64,000 nucleotides of DNA from Lama guanicoe (Eukaryota): the NCBI GenBank assembly GCA_013239625.1, contig MU054187.1, positions 16,508,941 through 16,572,940 on the forward strand. Reading direction: 5' to 3'. Below the pieces are notes generated by a model. It was not told the DNA's origin. It did not search any database and worked only from the letters and a program-made list of their open reading frames with translations. The position numbers and the translations under genes are program-made. Below, piece by piece: positions 51,656 through 63,870 of this stretch (position 1 is the stretch's first letter; every line of letters starts with the position of its first letter).

Positions 51656-52399
51656 TATACCTTTCCCATTGAACTTGCCTTTCTGAAAGTCCTATCGTGC
51701 TGTCTTTGGTTCATTAGGAATTGCTTTGGAAAAAAAAAAATGTTTTGTGCTTTGATGATGTTTTCAGTAGGGCGTATGATTTAGGTACCTGCAGTGTAAG
51801 GGGTAATCTAGAAGATTACTCAGATCCGCTGTCTGTGGACAAAGGGAGATTTTTCGAGTTTTCGTGACTGCCACACTTGAAGACCTGTATTCTGAGACTG
51901 TGACTTCTCGTTCAGTTTTTCTCTTAATAGAAAGCTGGTGGCGGGAGTTTGGAGTTGGGGAGGAGAGGGGCCCTCTCTTGCAAGAGAAAACCTAGGGCTG
52001 ACGTGCATCCCCACCAGTCCTGTAACATTCATCCTCTTCACTGTAAGCTTTGTAAATGGCCAAACCACTGCAAAGTGAACAGTCTGGACAGTGTGGTTCA
52101 CCTACCGCCTTTATTGCAGCACATGTAAAATTTGCTCAGGGATTAAAAACAATAACGTTCACAGTACGTTGCTTAGGATAGCAATGTTTAATCTCACTAA
52201 CATTTGCTATTTCTAAACTATCTATACAAATAATAGTGATATTTTAAAGGCTTAAAACACTAACTTACCTGACGGACGGAGAGACAATTATGCATAACTA
52301 TAGTCTTAAAAAGTCAAAATACCACATTGCTGTAGTCTTTTCGTTGAATAACTTGTGTTCAGCAGTGAAGACCAAAGCCAGAGAAGAATCATCCGTAAG

Positions 52400-52605
52400 A
52401 ACAATGACTACTTATTCTGTACTAGGTGTTTTATATTCATTAACATTATTTTGTCTTATCCCCTGATATCTGGGTATTTTTGTTCCCATTTTGGTATATA
52501 GGATCCTGAATTTCAGGGAAGCTAATAAGTAACTTGCTCTGTCAAATAGAAAGTGGTGGAGCTGAGATTCAAGCCTGAGTGTACTTGGTTCTTACGTGCG
52601 TGTTT
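52400..52605 (-). mobile_element. MIR
   Basis: ttgttcccatttt...taagtaacttgctc...aagtggtggagctgagattcaagcctgag. Confidence 0.78.
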
Positions 52606-53485
52606 TTATTGTTTTGTGGTTTTCCCTAGCACAAACATATAGCTAGGAATGGTCAATACTCTAATGAAATAGTTTTTGAACAACATAGGCGGGGCAATTT
52701 TTATGTCACTGACGTCTTCCCTTTTAACTCTGCTCAAAATTTCAAGGGAAGAGAATGAATCTCAGTTTTTAAAAACGGACTATGATTTCAACACAGAGTT
52801 ACTTTCTCTGGTTCTCCACAGTGGAAGTGAAAGATGTTTTTCATGGATAATGATTCCAGAGAAGCATGCTCAGGTAACTCATTGGATAAGAGTGAAATAA
52901 AATCTTGGGAATGATCAGATCACTGCAAACACCAGAAAACTTCTTTTGTTGTTAAGTTGTGAAACTGATTGAACTCTCGAATTGTGGTAGTAATTTAACA
53001 ACAATGCAGTCTTCGAGGAAGGCACCTCTCATTACCAAAGTCTTTGAGGTGAAAGTGTGAGAGAAGCTACAGAAGTTTCCAAGAACCAAGTAACATGACT
53101 GAGACAAAGAAATACACCTTCCCTGAGGGAAAATGACACCCTCAGAAGGAGTCTTCGATAGATTTAAAGGAAATGGTGATAAAGATGCTTTACTGGATAA
53201 ACATTTCTCTTCTATTTAAAAAAATAACTTCAAAAGGCTTTTAACCTAGTATGAGGCAATTCAGAAAACTTAGTAACTGTGGAGTAGAAAGTAGAGGATT
53301 AAAAACTAGCTATGAGAAAGCAAAACGTTGAAATAAATAACCAGTGTTTCTGATGAACCAAGGCTATGACTGTGTAGGGTAAGGATCAGTGTGTGGATCA
53401 GACATGTTTCTGTGTTGATGAGCAACCTAGCAAAACCAGCAGAGTATGCTAAGGAATGAAAGTTGTTTTAGGCAATATAATGACA

Positions 53486-53608
53486 GGGGACGATGTAGCT
53501 CAGTGGCAGACAGAGCATGTGCATAGCGTGCATGAGGTCCTGGGCTCAATCCTCAGTACCGCCACTAAAAATAAAAAAATATATAAGCCTAATTACCTCT
53601 CTCCCTAA

Positions 53609-53664
<56 letters not shown>

Positions 53665-53705
53665 TAACATTTAAATTAAGTAAAAATAAATTTAAAAAAC
53701 ATAAA
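53486..53705 (+). mobile_element. Vic-1-type SINE (long-tail form) with (AAT)17 in its tail
   Basis: ggggacgatgtagctcagtggcagacagagcatgtgcatagcgtgcatgaggtcctgggctcaatcctcagtacc...aagcctaattacctctctccc followed by (AAT)17 at 53609-53659. Confidence 0.88.
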
Positions 53706-54620
53706 GAGAGATTGTGACAAATCCCATAAGGACTTGAGTCTAGACAACTGGTCAACTGGTTGATAGCTGGGAACATGCTCTTATCCCTAAATTATAATAG
53801 AAGTCCACTCTTTTCATTTCAAAATAATCAAATAAAAGAGAATCTCATATGGAGAAATGTATAGGATTAATAAATTTAAGAAAAAATATTTCAGTAACAG
53901 CGCTTTAAAATATGAGACATTAATAAGATGTATGAGTAATTTATTGGAACTAATTGCTATCAAGAACTTATTAAATTCTTTCGAGGTCCCATTACACTGA
54001 GGTCATAGATGATTCAAGAAGCAGAAAGAAGTGATCACACATTCCTGGCCAAGAGGGCCCAGAAGATACTACTCTTTTACTGTATAAAAATAGCTTCTGA
54101 GTAAAACCAGACAGGGCAGGGCAAAGGAACTGTACTTTTCCAGAAAATAAAAAAATGACAAATCCAGCCCCATTCAGGTAATTGACACTGGAGCTTCCAA
54201 TGCACTTCAATCTATCACTGCCTAGAAGAAATAATCGAAGAGGAAGCACTGCAGACCAACAATGATGTTGCTTGGTTACTCAAAACCATTTGGTAGCATG
54301 CTGAGTCGCTCAGCTCTTTCCAAGAGCGCTCTTTGTATCCACAGAGGAAAAGGATGGAGAAGACCACTTGAAACCATTTTTAATTGCAAACTTGCTTCCT
54401 CTGGTAACAGGCTTCTCTTTTGCAATGCACAAGCAAGTCTGGAGGTTTCCATTAAAATGTTAATTACCAGGACAGTAATAAATGTTGAATTTGATGTGTT
54501 CTTCTAAATATTGATCTTGTATGGGGAATTTGCTTTGAAAGGGTTGGAGCTGTTTTTCAGGAAGTAGGAAATGCAAAGTTTTTAGGCTTCCTGGCCCAGG
54601 AGTCCTGGGGGGCTGCCTGG

Positions 54621-54826
54621 AGGCAGCGCTGTTCAGGGGAGTATAGAGCTTTGGCAGCAGACAGTCTCAGTTGAAATCCTACCCTCTGCCACTCTGTGCC
54701 TTTGGACAAAAATTAGTTAATTCATCTGAGCTTTGGTATCTCATCTCTTCCTTAAAAGCCATAGTTTTCTGTTACAGATTTACTGTGAGGACTGAGTAAC
54801 CAAATGCTTGTTATGTGCTTAGCATC
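54621..54826 (+). mobile_element. MIR
   Basis: agagctttggcagcagacagtctcagttgaaatcct...ctctgccactctgtgcctttggacaa...tactgtgaggactgagtaa. Confidence 0.75.
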
Positions 54827-56002
54827 TAACAAGTTTCCCACGTATGTTCACTTATGATTTTGAAAACAGAGAGCTGCAGATATCTTCTCCTTTGTCTTCA
54901 CGGAGTCTCTAAGGTATCCTTTGACCCTGAGTCAGAGTTGAGGTCAAGGTGGGAGGGGCTTCAAAAGGAAGTGGGAGGAGGAGCTGGAAGGATGGTTGCC
55001 CTTTGTGGATTCTCCTTTAGAATTTGGTCTTATTCTCCAATTACAGAATAAGGCTGGGCTCATTTTGTCTGTGTGTGTGTGTTTTTTTTTTAGTAGATGA
55101 AAGGAAAGTGGAACTCAAAATTTTACCTAGGACTTAGGACTACAGAAAATATTTTTCTTTCTCTTTATTACTTTAGACCAGTTAACTTATTATCTATTCT
55201 GTCTGGTGGTATATTTGTCATTTTATGTGCTAAACATTTTACTAAAAACAGTAATGTGCTTTATTATTTCATGCATTAACCAATCACTGCGAGAAGCTGA
55301 GACATGGTTTTGTAGCAAATGCTGTCTTAGCGCTATACATGGCAACTTAAATATTAACCCATTATTTTAAAATTTCCAGCTTTCACTGAACTTGGGCCAA
55401 AGGCTTCCCAAATTTGCTGATAAGAACAGAAAAAGCACACAGCGGCTGCGATTATCATTATTAGATTAAATTTATTCCCAAATCATGACAATCTTAAACT
55501 TAGAATTCTCTCTGTGTGTATGTAGGCTGCTTAAACATTTAAAAATTCCAGATCTTTGCCTGATCTTTAGATTTGTATGGATTATCATTTTTTAAAAAAT
55601 ATTTTCTAATTTGTAGGAAAAAAATAAAGATTTACCAGATGAGAACTTAATTGTTTTTGAACCAAGATTAAATGCCGGAAAGTTATCAGTTAACTTGCAG
55701 AGTAAATGTGATTCAAACAAGGGAAGGGGCGGAGAAAAGGAGGGGTGAGATGTCTGTGCTTATAAGTAGGTGTGCAGTTCGAGGAATGAGAGAGTGGTGA
55801 GAGCTCTCATTCTCATCATTACAAGGAGTAGGAACCCTAAAAACTTCCGTTTTAAGTATTGCCTTTGGGGATGCAACCATTTGGGTTGCGGTAAGGGAAT
55901 AGGCGGTCAGCAGAACTCAAGCCAAACGAGGAAAAAAAAATGAACATGAGAAATAATTTCAGAATCAGAAGAAGAGCTACTTTTAGGATTTAAGAAACAT
56001 GG

Positions 56003-56150
56003 TTCAGTATATCGTCATGGTTAAGAGAACTATTCCTGAATAAAACTGTACAGGTTCAGATCACAGCTCCACCCCTTCTTCGGGTGTCGTTAACACATAG
56101 AAAGGGCGTCAGTCCGCATCTGGCACAAAGCAAATACTCTGCGGTGCTGG
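56003..56150 (+). mobile_element. MIR (internally deleted)
   Basis: cagtatatcgtcatggttaagaga...aggttcagatcacagctccacc, then the tail catctggcacaaagcaaatactc. Confidence 0.55.
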
Positions 56151-56833
56151 GGGTGAGGATGGTGATTATGATAACCGATATTATTCCACAGAAAACATAG
56201 CAATTACACCTACCTTGTGTTAATAAAAATAAAGTACTTTGGTCCCATTTTCAAATATGTGATCATCACCAAATTGACAGAACAGAGTAGAATACTGGAT
56301 AAATTGTCAGCAGAATTATCTTCAAATAAATAATACATTAAAAAGGAAGGTCACGTGCTAGAGAACACAAATTAGTAATCCAGTTAAATCATCAGCAGAA
56401 GAGGCAGGTCCTGTTAACAGCAGCCAGGTTTGTAATTACAGAGAAATATTGAAAGATGCTGTGTATCATTATGAGGCTTTAAACATGTCTTCTTACGCAG
56501 GCAGAAAAGTAGAGATTCATCAGTTCATTTGATAAGTTAAAAGCTCCTTTATGAAAAGATTTTTTATCATTTGTAGAAAGGGAGCAACATTGTGGAGGAT
56601 CTTAGAAAGAACCCTGTGGCATCCTGGACTACATTCCTTTATAAAATGATTTGCACACGTCACTCTCATGGGAGCAGCCTCCAAGGCCACGTGACCTGAT
56701 TTGTGAGATGAAATAACAGCTTCTGGTTTTGACATTTTGTGCATTTCCTTAAATCACTAGCCAATGAAATGATTTCAGTGTGGCACCAAACTATTATTTG
56801 GTTACATTATGTATTCAAGGAATGTAAATCTTT

Positions 56834-56974
56834 TATGAAATAACAGAATTTTCACAGGACTAGTGAAAAGTTGCTTTTTCTATGAAATATCAGAATTTTC
56901 ACAGGACTAGTGAAAAGTTGCTTTTTCTATGAAATATCAGAATTTTCACAGGACAAGTAAAAAGTTGCTTTCTC
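56834..56974 (+). repeat. Minisatellite of three 47-bp tandem units
   Basis: Unit tatgaaatatcagaattttcacaggactagtgaaaagttgctttttc at 56834, 56881 and 56928, with 1-3 differences from unit 2. Confidence 0.97.
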
Positions 56975-57099
56975 CCTGTGCCTCCCCACTGCCAAAACAC
57001 ACTTAGTTTTCTGGCCTTCACAAAGATGGGAAAACCTTTGTAGACTCCTCAATACTGTGGTATTGAAACTGGAGACATCCAAAATTTCACAGACATTTA

Positions 57100-57315
57100 T
57101 ACCAGGCTGACCTGAGTTTCATTCCAGGCTCCGTCAGTTTCAAACTTGGGGACCTGGGACAAATGACCTTAACCTCTTTAAGCCCCCAGGCTCCTGATTT
57201 GTAAAATAAAGATTAATAACTGCTTTATGATTTTATTGCAAAGGTTACGTAACTGGTTTTACGCAAGTAGTTTACCACAGTGCCTGGCAGAGATACAAAC
57301 TTAATAAATTGTCAA
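57100..57315 (+). mobile_element. MIR
   Basis: gacctgggacaaatgaccttaacctctttaagccc...tttgtaaaataaagattaataa...cacagtgcctggca...aataaat. Confidence 0.82.
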
Positions 57316-58494
57316 TGTTTTATTTTTATCTTCATGAATCTTTAAGAAGTACAGTCATTTGGTCAAATTCCCTCAGGCACTACTGACCTCTAAACAAAGT
57401 CTGTTTGATACATTGAAGTGTGTGTGTATGTGTGTGTGTGTAATGGTAAGGATTATTTGAAAAAATGGGTTTTGGGTTTTTTTTTGCCAGAAAAGAGGCT
57501 AAGAACCAGTTTTACACGCGCTCACATTTATGTCTATGGAAGAGCAGTCAGTTGTCTATTTTGGGTATCATTGAGGAAGCTGTGAATTTAGCATCCTGAG
57601 GCTCTGGGAAGCTTCCTACAGTTCTCATCTTGGGATCCATCAGTTTCAGGATACAGGATATAGATCAGTGTTTCGAATAAAGGTGTCCTGGGTGACTTGG
57701 ATTTGCCTCACTCTCAGTTGAGAATCTGTGAAAATACAAGTTCTCAAGGAACTCACGGTTTAGGGAGAAATGGACATGATCATGTGAAAATTATCCCAAT
57801 ACATCAGAAGTGCTGAAACGTTCTGTGTAAGCTAATTGTTATGAGAGCACAAAGGAGGTGACATTTGCCTTGGGTTTTGAAGGAAGAATGAGAGTTTAAC
57901 AGGAGAAGAACAAAAAGACATTCAACGAATGATCAAGGCGTAGAGCTACGGGAGATTGCCAGGGGGAAGGGAGCCCCTTGGGTGACATTGGTGGGATGTC
58001 AATGCTGTGACTATTTGAAAGTTATTCCAGAGTTTATAAGCAAGGATCAGGGACAGATTCTTTTTTTGAAGACTAATTTAAGATAGACTTACAAGATAAT
58101 TTTTAATTTTTTTTTGCTTGTTGTTGGGAGAGGGCGCTGAGTATTTAAGATGATCACATTGTTTTTAAACAGTTTACCACCCGAGGCCAAAGGTTTTGTA
58201 TGCAGCAGGAACAACAATTAGCAAATGCAATAAGAGCACTTTGGTGTGCACTTCTATTTTCAAGGTTAATTATTTGTTTAATTAAAGCCTTCAGAATCAA
58301 CCACAGACGCTGTTGTCTAGAAATATTAGATAAACCTGAGTCTCTCTGGCAGTGTAAGACTTGTGTGACGATACCTTTTTTCCCCCACTCAATCAGATAT
58401 GGGCTTTTCTCACTTCGAAAATGATATCACATTCTACCTTTATTTGTATTATTTTCTCTTATATTTGTTCATTATTTATATAATTATATCTGCA

Positions 58495-58552
58495 TGTCAC
58501 AAACAAGGGAATTGAGGCTTAGAGAGGTTAAGTAATATACCTAAGGTCCCTG
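58495..58552 (-). mobile_element. MIR core fragment
   Basis: acaaacaagggaattgaggcttagagaggttaagtaatatacctaaggtc. Confidence 0.78.
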
Positions 58553-58579
58553 ACCTCAAGCAATGCTATTTTCTTGAAA

Positions 58580-58950
58580 GATAACTCTTGAGATAGGATG
58601 AGAGGTTAGATTGGAAAGACATGGGATTCCAGGCAGGGAGAGTGTTGTGGAGGCTACTGAAATTGTCAGGAAAGAAATGAAGACAGAGGGATAGAGAAAC
58701 AGACATGACAGGAGACACTGTAAAGTGGAATCAACAACATGTGTAGAGAAAGAATAAGGTGTTGAAGGTGATTTCTGAAGTTGGGTTGTTCCTTATAGAT
58801 TTCTCTACAACAGGGAACACAAAGGAAGAATGCAGTTAGATGAAACTAATGATATGTGTTTGGGATTGAGTTTAGCAAATCAGGACATTGCCGGCACTTA
58901 ATGCTCTGGAGCTCAAATAAAAGATCAGAATAAAGAGGTGGATTTATTGA
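58580..58950 (-). mobile_element. L2 fragment
   Basis: ggcagggagagtgttgtggaggctactgaaattgtcagg...taaagtggaatcaaca...gaaggtgatttctgaagtt. Confidence 0.65.
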
Positions 58951-59444
58951 TGATTTGGACGCATTCTTCAGATTTTATTCAAGTGCGTGTTTTTCGCTTT
59001 GGTCTCTCACATCTGCTATTATATATTGAGTTTTGTTGTTATTTTTTCTTCTTTTTTGGCTCCTTGACAGAGAGAGAAAAGTATGCTCATGGTTTATGTC
59101 ATGTGCCATTGTCATTATAGCACATCGCCCTATGATGGAAACTTGGCCAAATAACCACGTGGTAAAAATCAGAGTGAATCTTTCCTGTTTCCATATTTTA
59201 TTGATATTATTATATGTGTTGGGTGCTCCTGGCCATTGTGAATTAGATCAAAGCTTACTACTTACTCCTTGGATGCATTGTGCATCCCCTGCTCACTGGG
59301 ATGGAAGGTGGGCTAGAGAGTCACCTGAACTCCACCTGATGCTTATCTCTTTGAAAGCCACATTTTGGGTTCTTGGGATATTGGCTAGCACTGCAGAGCT
59401 GGACATGGCATGCTGATTATCTTTCACTCTGATGTCCTTTACAG

Positions 59445-59513
59445 AAACTGCCTCTTTGGGAGCCAGGACCTGTGAGGATGATCTTACAGAGCAGCAGCTG
59501 AGAACTTCCTCAG
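59445..59513 (+). CDS. ZFHX4: ZFHX4 next coding exon (69 nt, phase 1 to 1)
   Basis: Acceptor ctttcactctgatgtcctttacag|AA and donor CAG|gtaact. Joined to the leftover G of the previous exon it reads (E)TASLGARTCEDDLTEQQLRTSS, continuing the recalled ZFHX4 sequence after ...PPNEL. Not in the ORF track. Confidence 0.95.
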
Positions 59514-60579
59514 GTAACTGGTCTTCTTGTCTGTCCTAAACGAGTGATGTGTGTTAGTCTCATAATAAATGTCATCAGCTCTCTCTGAAACTGCTCCAAT
59601 TAGAACCGATCAGGTCCCTTATACAAATAATTTAAATCAAATCTAGACTGGATCAATATGACATATATAATAAGTCAAATATATAATAAATTAAATTAAA
59701 TATAGTCGTTATTTGGACACATATGTAAAGTCAGTTCTTAAAGAACAAGTGACTTCTGCTGGATAATTTCTCACATCTGTACTTCTATACAGTGAAGTTT
59801 TACCTAAATGGTCAGTTTTATACAGATTGTAAGTCAATAAGCTGGATATTATTTTTTCCTAAATCAAATAACCTGGCTGGCGGAGTGAGTTTTGGTAATT
59901 AATGAGTTGATTGGATTTTGTACAGCCATGTCAACACGTTCACGAGTTCCTATGTTTTGGGTGATTCTGTGTGTGTTTAAAAAATGGAGGCTATGCCTTT
60001 AAGCCGCATTATATTCAAATAATTTAAGAGGAATTTCACCCATGTTGCTACAACACACCTCATTTATTTCTGCTATGTAAGCATGATCCCAGTTTCCAGA
60101 TTTACACAATTGGAATAATAAGGTGCTATACAGAACAAAAAACGATTATAAAAAGTCCTTCACATTCATAATGGGGTATTGAAATACTTAAAAAAAAATT
60201 GCAAGTGAAAACATTCCTCCAATATAGAGTCAGGACTTTTCTCTTAAAAAACTTCTTCAGAGTGAAGTTTTCCTTCACCTATTCATGTTTCATGAATACT
60301 TTTTTATTTAAAGTACTTATTTCTTTTGTATTTTATTTATTTTTTTATTTTATGTGTTATTTTTCCCTAGAAAACTAGAGTACACACTTAAGAGAAAGTA
60401 GCAAAAAGACTCAGTTCCCCTTCCTCATTTCAGGCCAATCAAAAGGTTTCATTAAGGACTAGATTGGAAGTAACAGGGCAAAAATCAAGACTATGGCAAA
60501 AATATCAAACAAAAAAGAGAACAGTCTCTCTCAATGCATTTCTTTATTGTTTTGTAAACAAAGACACCAGGATTTACAT

Positions 60580-60800
60580 CTTCACTTCAACCTCTCTGAG
60601 AGCTTTATATTTTGATACTCGCATGCCTTCTGGATATTTTCATGGAGATGTTCTATGGGGAACTCAAACATAACAGATTCCAAATTGAACTTCTCTTTTT
60701 GGCAAAGCCATCTTCTCCTCTTTCCTTTATCTTAATTGATGACCTGATACCATAGACCTAGTTACCCCAAGTAGAAAAACTAGGAATCGTCAATTTTACT
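60580..60800 (+). mobile_element. L2 fragment
   Basis: gaactcaaacataacagattccaaattgaactt...ctagttaccccaagtagaaaaactaggaatcgtc. Confidence 0.65.
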
Positions 60801-60946
60801 CAAAATTGCCTAAGACTTTTGGGCAGAAGGTATGAGTATGGCAGATGAGTTCTCTCATGATTAGACAACATTTCTATACAAATAAGTACGTGAATTTCAG
60901 ATTGCAACCAATGAGATGAAGGAAGTAAAAGAGGTAACATGCAGAG

Positions 60947-61127
60947 CAGCAGGCCCCAAAGTGTGGTCCCCTTGCAGGCAGCATCCGCAAAATCTGGGAA
61001 CTTGTAGGAATGCAGATGCTCAAGCCCCATCCCTGACTTGCTGAATCAGAAATACGGAGGCACCCAGTAGTTTCACAGGCCCTCCAAGTGATGTGAGTGA
61101 TTCCCATGGAAGTCTGAGGACCCCACC
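60947..61127. mobile_element. MER5A (hAT-Charlie MITE)
   Basis: caaagtgtggtcccc...gcagcatc...ctgggaacttgtaggaatgcagatgctcaagccccatccctgacttgctgaatcagaaa...ccctccaagtgat...aagtctgaggac. Confidence 0.88.
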
Positions 61128-61489
61128 TGAGTGACAGGTGATGGGCTACTTTAGAAGCAGAGGTCAGGGAAGTTCTCTGAGGAAATGACAGATGAGCTGA
61201 GTCCTAAAGAAGGACAAGGAGCCAATTAGGGGATGTGCATTACAGACACAGTTGGGAAAAAGCTGGTCCTCTTCCGTAAAGAGAAAGAAGGCTAACATGG
61301 GGACAGATTAGTGAGTGGGGAGGAGAGTGACATGAGGTGAAGCCATAAAGGTAGGCTGAGGCCTGATCATTTCAACCACAGTAACGAGTTTTTATGTTTT
61401 TTTTTTTTATGTTTAGAGTCATGATTTTTTTTTTGGCATTTCCTGGTTAATTTCTACATTGTGAATTTCACCTCAGTAGAGGCATGATT

Positions 61490-61790
61490 TTAATGCATGT
61501 ACAGTTCTTGACCACTACAAATATTCTGGCATAAGCATTATTTGTGAATTTTCTTAGTTATTCATTTGAGAGAAAAATTAGAATTGCTGTGCTGAGGGGA
61601 TATGCTGTTTTTAAATGCTTTTAATACATATTTTGTTCTCCAGAAAAGTCATGCTAATTTCCAGTCATTCCCACCAGAAATATGTGAGCAGATCCATTCT
61701 TCAATCTTAAAATCACAGGAGTATTATCTTTATAAATTGTTGTTGCCAACCTGAAAGTCCAAAATTGGTATCTTGGTTTTTTTTTTCCCC
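61490..61790 (-). mobile_element. Ancient L1 (L1ME-like) fragment
   Basis: agaattgctgtgctgagggatatg...ctccagaaaagtcatgctaattt...ttcccaccagaaatatgtgag...ttgccaacctgaaagtccaaaattggtatct. Confidence 0.7.
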
Positions 61791-61793
61791 ATT

Positions 61794-61908
61794 TGAAAAA
61801 TATGAAAAGGAATGTATATATGTATATGTATGACTGAAACATTATGCTGAACACCAGAAATTGACACAATATTGTAAACTGACTATACTTCAATAAAAAA
61901 ATAAATTT
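61794..61908 (+). mobile_element. Short L1 3' end (camelid/artiodactyl type)
   Basis: gaaaaatatgaaaaggaatgtatatatgtatatgtatgactgaaacattatgctgaacaccagaaattgacacaatattgtaaactgactatacttcaataaaaaa. Confidence 0.88.
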
Positions 61909-61919
61909 CAAATGTTGTA

Positions 61920-62830
61920 TTATCTTAAGTGTGATAGGAAACTATGGCAAGGACTCAAACAGGAGAATGGCTCGATTTTATTAAGGTGTGCAGAATAAAT
62001 TGTAGGAGAACATAACAAGTCTTTCCCAATTATGAGAACTTTTTTGAAAAACAGGTAAGGGATTAAGAGTACTGACAATGGAAAAGTAAAGAAATGGATG
62101 GATTTAGTGAATACCAGATATTTTGGAGTTGGAATTAATGGGACTTGCTGTAAGATTATAGGCAGATGAGAAGGAAAGAAAGAAGTCAGTGATGACTCTT
62201 GCTTTTGGTGAACGGTGGTACCATTACCTGAGATAGTGGAGACTGGGGAGAACCCGTGAAGTGTGTTGAAGGTGGATCAGGAGCCCTGATTTGGGCATAT
62301 GAAGTTGGATATGCCTTCCAGCCGTCCAAATGGAGACATAAAATTTAGAGCAGTGGATCTAGATGAAATCATCTAGGGAGATCATTGTTTTTCCTCAAAT
62401 CAAGCATTCTTTGTAGGTAAGAGAATAGGGCTTAGGACCGATGCTGGAGACTCTCCAATATTTAGATTTGTCATGGAGGAGGCCCCAGAGAAGGGGAATA
62501 CAAGGGAGCTTTCAGAGGGGTAGGATGAAAATCACAATAGTCTGATGGAATGAAATTCAAGAAAGGGACATTTTTCAAGGAGAATGGAGTAGTAACATCT
62601 GTAGAACATCGTTTAGTACAATGCAGACAGAAAAGTTACCACGGGATTTCACAGCAAGCAAGTCATTGGTGGCTTTGAGAAGAGCCATTGATGTGAAGCC
62701 AGGCTGGAGAGGGTAGAATAATGAATATGATTTAGTAGAGAGAGAGAATGTTAAAAAAAGAAAAATACCCAAACCAGACCAAAACCAAACCAAACAAATA
62801 CTCCTTTTAAGTTTTATTGAAAGGGAATAG
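61920..62830 (-). mobile_element. L2 antisense, including a reverse-transcriptase relic
   Basis: The minus-strand ORF 62575-63039 contains PLQPGFTSMALLKATNDLLAVKSRGNFSV (about 62600-62716), a degenerate L2 ORF2 RT motif (PLQSGFR..STETALLKVTNDLL). Confidence 0.85.
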
Positions 62831-63161
62831 AGGAGTGAGATAGTCTGGACTCCTCCTTTTCTTCCCCCAGTTTTGCTTTCTAAATGGAGCTCAGTGTTCC
62901 AACCAGCAAGTATCACCTGACTTCTGTTATTCCAGGCACTGATCCAGGTGCTTCTGGGACAGTGACAAATCAGAAAATCACCGTTTTTAGTAAATGTGTA
63001 CCTTTTAGGGGAAGTAGGCAATACATGGATAATTTCCACATACTAGGGTAAGTTGTTTGACATCTATGCACAAGAAAAGGGGGAAACAAAAACTTACGCA
63101 GAAACATTAATCCTAGTTCAACATTGGGGGAAGACTTTTTGGAGAAAGAAGAAATTAAGAG

Positions 63162-63300
63162 TAATAATACAGCTAACATTTTTTAATATTTATTTTGTGT
63201 TAAGTTCTGTGCTGAGTGATTTTTATACATTATCTTATAACAAATCTAGAGGTGGGTAGTATTAACTCCATTTTTACATCTGATGAAAATGGTATTTCCC
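63162..63300 (-). mobile_element. MIR 3' part
   Basis: taatacagctaacatt...gttctgtgctgagtgatt...gaggtgggtagtattaactccatttttacatctgatgaaaatg. Confidence 0.75.
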
Positions 63301-63428
63301 AAGCTAGGGAGAAAAGAAAGATGGGAGTTACACAGTGGAGAAAAGCCATTCTAGATAAGACAAAGAAAAATAATAGTATGTCTTCTAGGGAGGAAGAAGA
63401 CATTAATGACAGTTGTGTGTGTCTAGAA

Positions 63429-63601
63429 CACTGGTTCACAAAATGTGGTCCTTGGACCAAGAGTATTAGCATCACCTAGGGGCTGAGAGATGTAGATTCT
63501 CAGGCCTCATTCTAAACCTACCGAGTCAGAAGTTCTAGGGGTGGAGCCCAGCAGATTGTGTTCCAGGTGATTCCGATGCCCTAAAATTTGAGAAGATCAT
63601 T
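63429..63601. mobile_element. MER5A (hAT-Charlie MITE)
   Basis: cactggttcacaaaatgtggtccttggacc...agcatcacctagg...attctcaggcctcattctaaacctaccgagtcagaagttctaggggtggagcccagca...ccaggtgattccgatg...tttgagaa. Confidence 0.9.
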
Positions 63602-63609
63602 CTCAAGAG

Positions 63610-63870
63610 TTAAGTGCTACGTAGGAAGTGAAGAAAGATGAGACTGGAGTGGTGGACAAGGACCAGCTCCTCATGCCATGTATAAGACTGAGATTTTTCT
63701 TTCTAAGTGACGGCAGTCACTGAAAGATTTTAAGTTGAGGAGTCAGATTTAGGTTGATCACATGAAGGATAGATTTGGAGGGACTGGGCACTGGACAAGG
63801 AGGAAATGAAGAGGCCCAGCAAGGAATTCTTGTAAGCCAGGTGTCCAGAATAGATGCTCAATATGAAAAA
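63610..63870 (-). mobile_element. L2 fragment
   Basis: gatgagactggagtggtggacaagg...cactgaaagattttaagttgaggagt. Confidence 0.65.

Larger units (their letters stand above)
8236..59444 (+). other. ZFHX4: ZFHX4 intron (51,209 bp, GT-AG, phase 1)
   Basis: Begins gtgagt and ends tttacag; the flanking exons join in frame. Confidence 0.93.

Noticed and set aside
53517..53776. Poly-isoleucine ORFs
   Set aside because: They are translations of the (AAT)17 SINE tail.
56834..56974. CRISPR-like array of palindromic repeats
   Set aside because: Units are head-to-tail without unique spacers, there are no cas genes, and the context is a mammalian intron.
62575..63039. Longest ORF (154 aa) as a novel gene
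   Set aside because: Its only recognisable part is a degenerate, internally deleted L2 reverse-transcriptase motif; it is a transposon relic.
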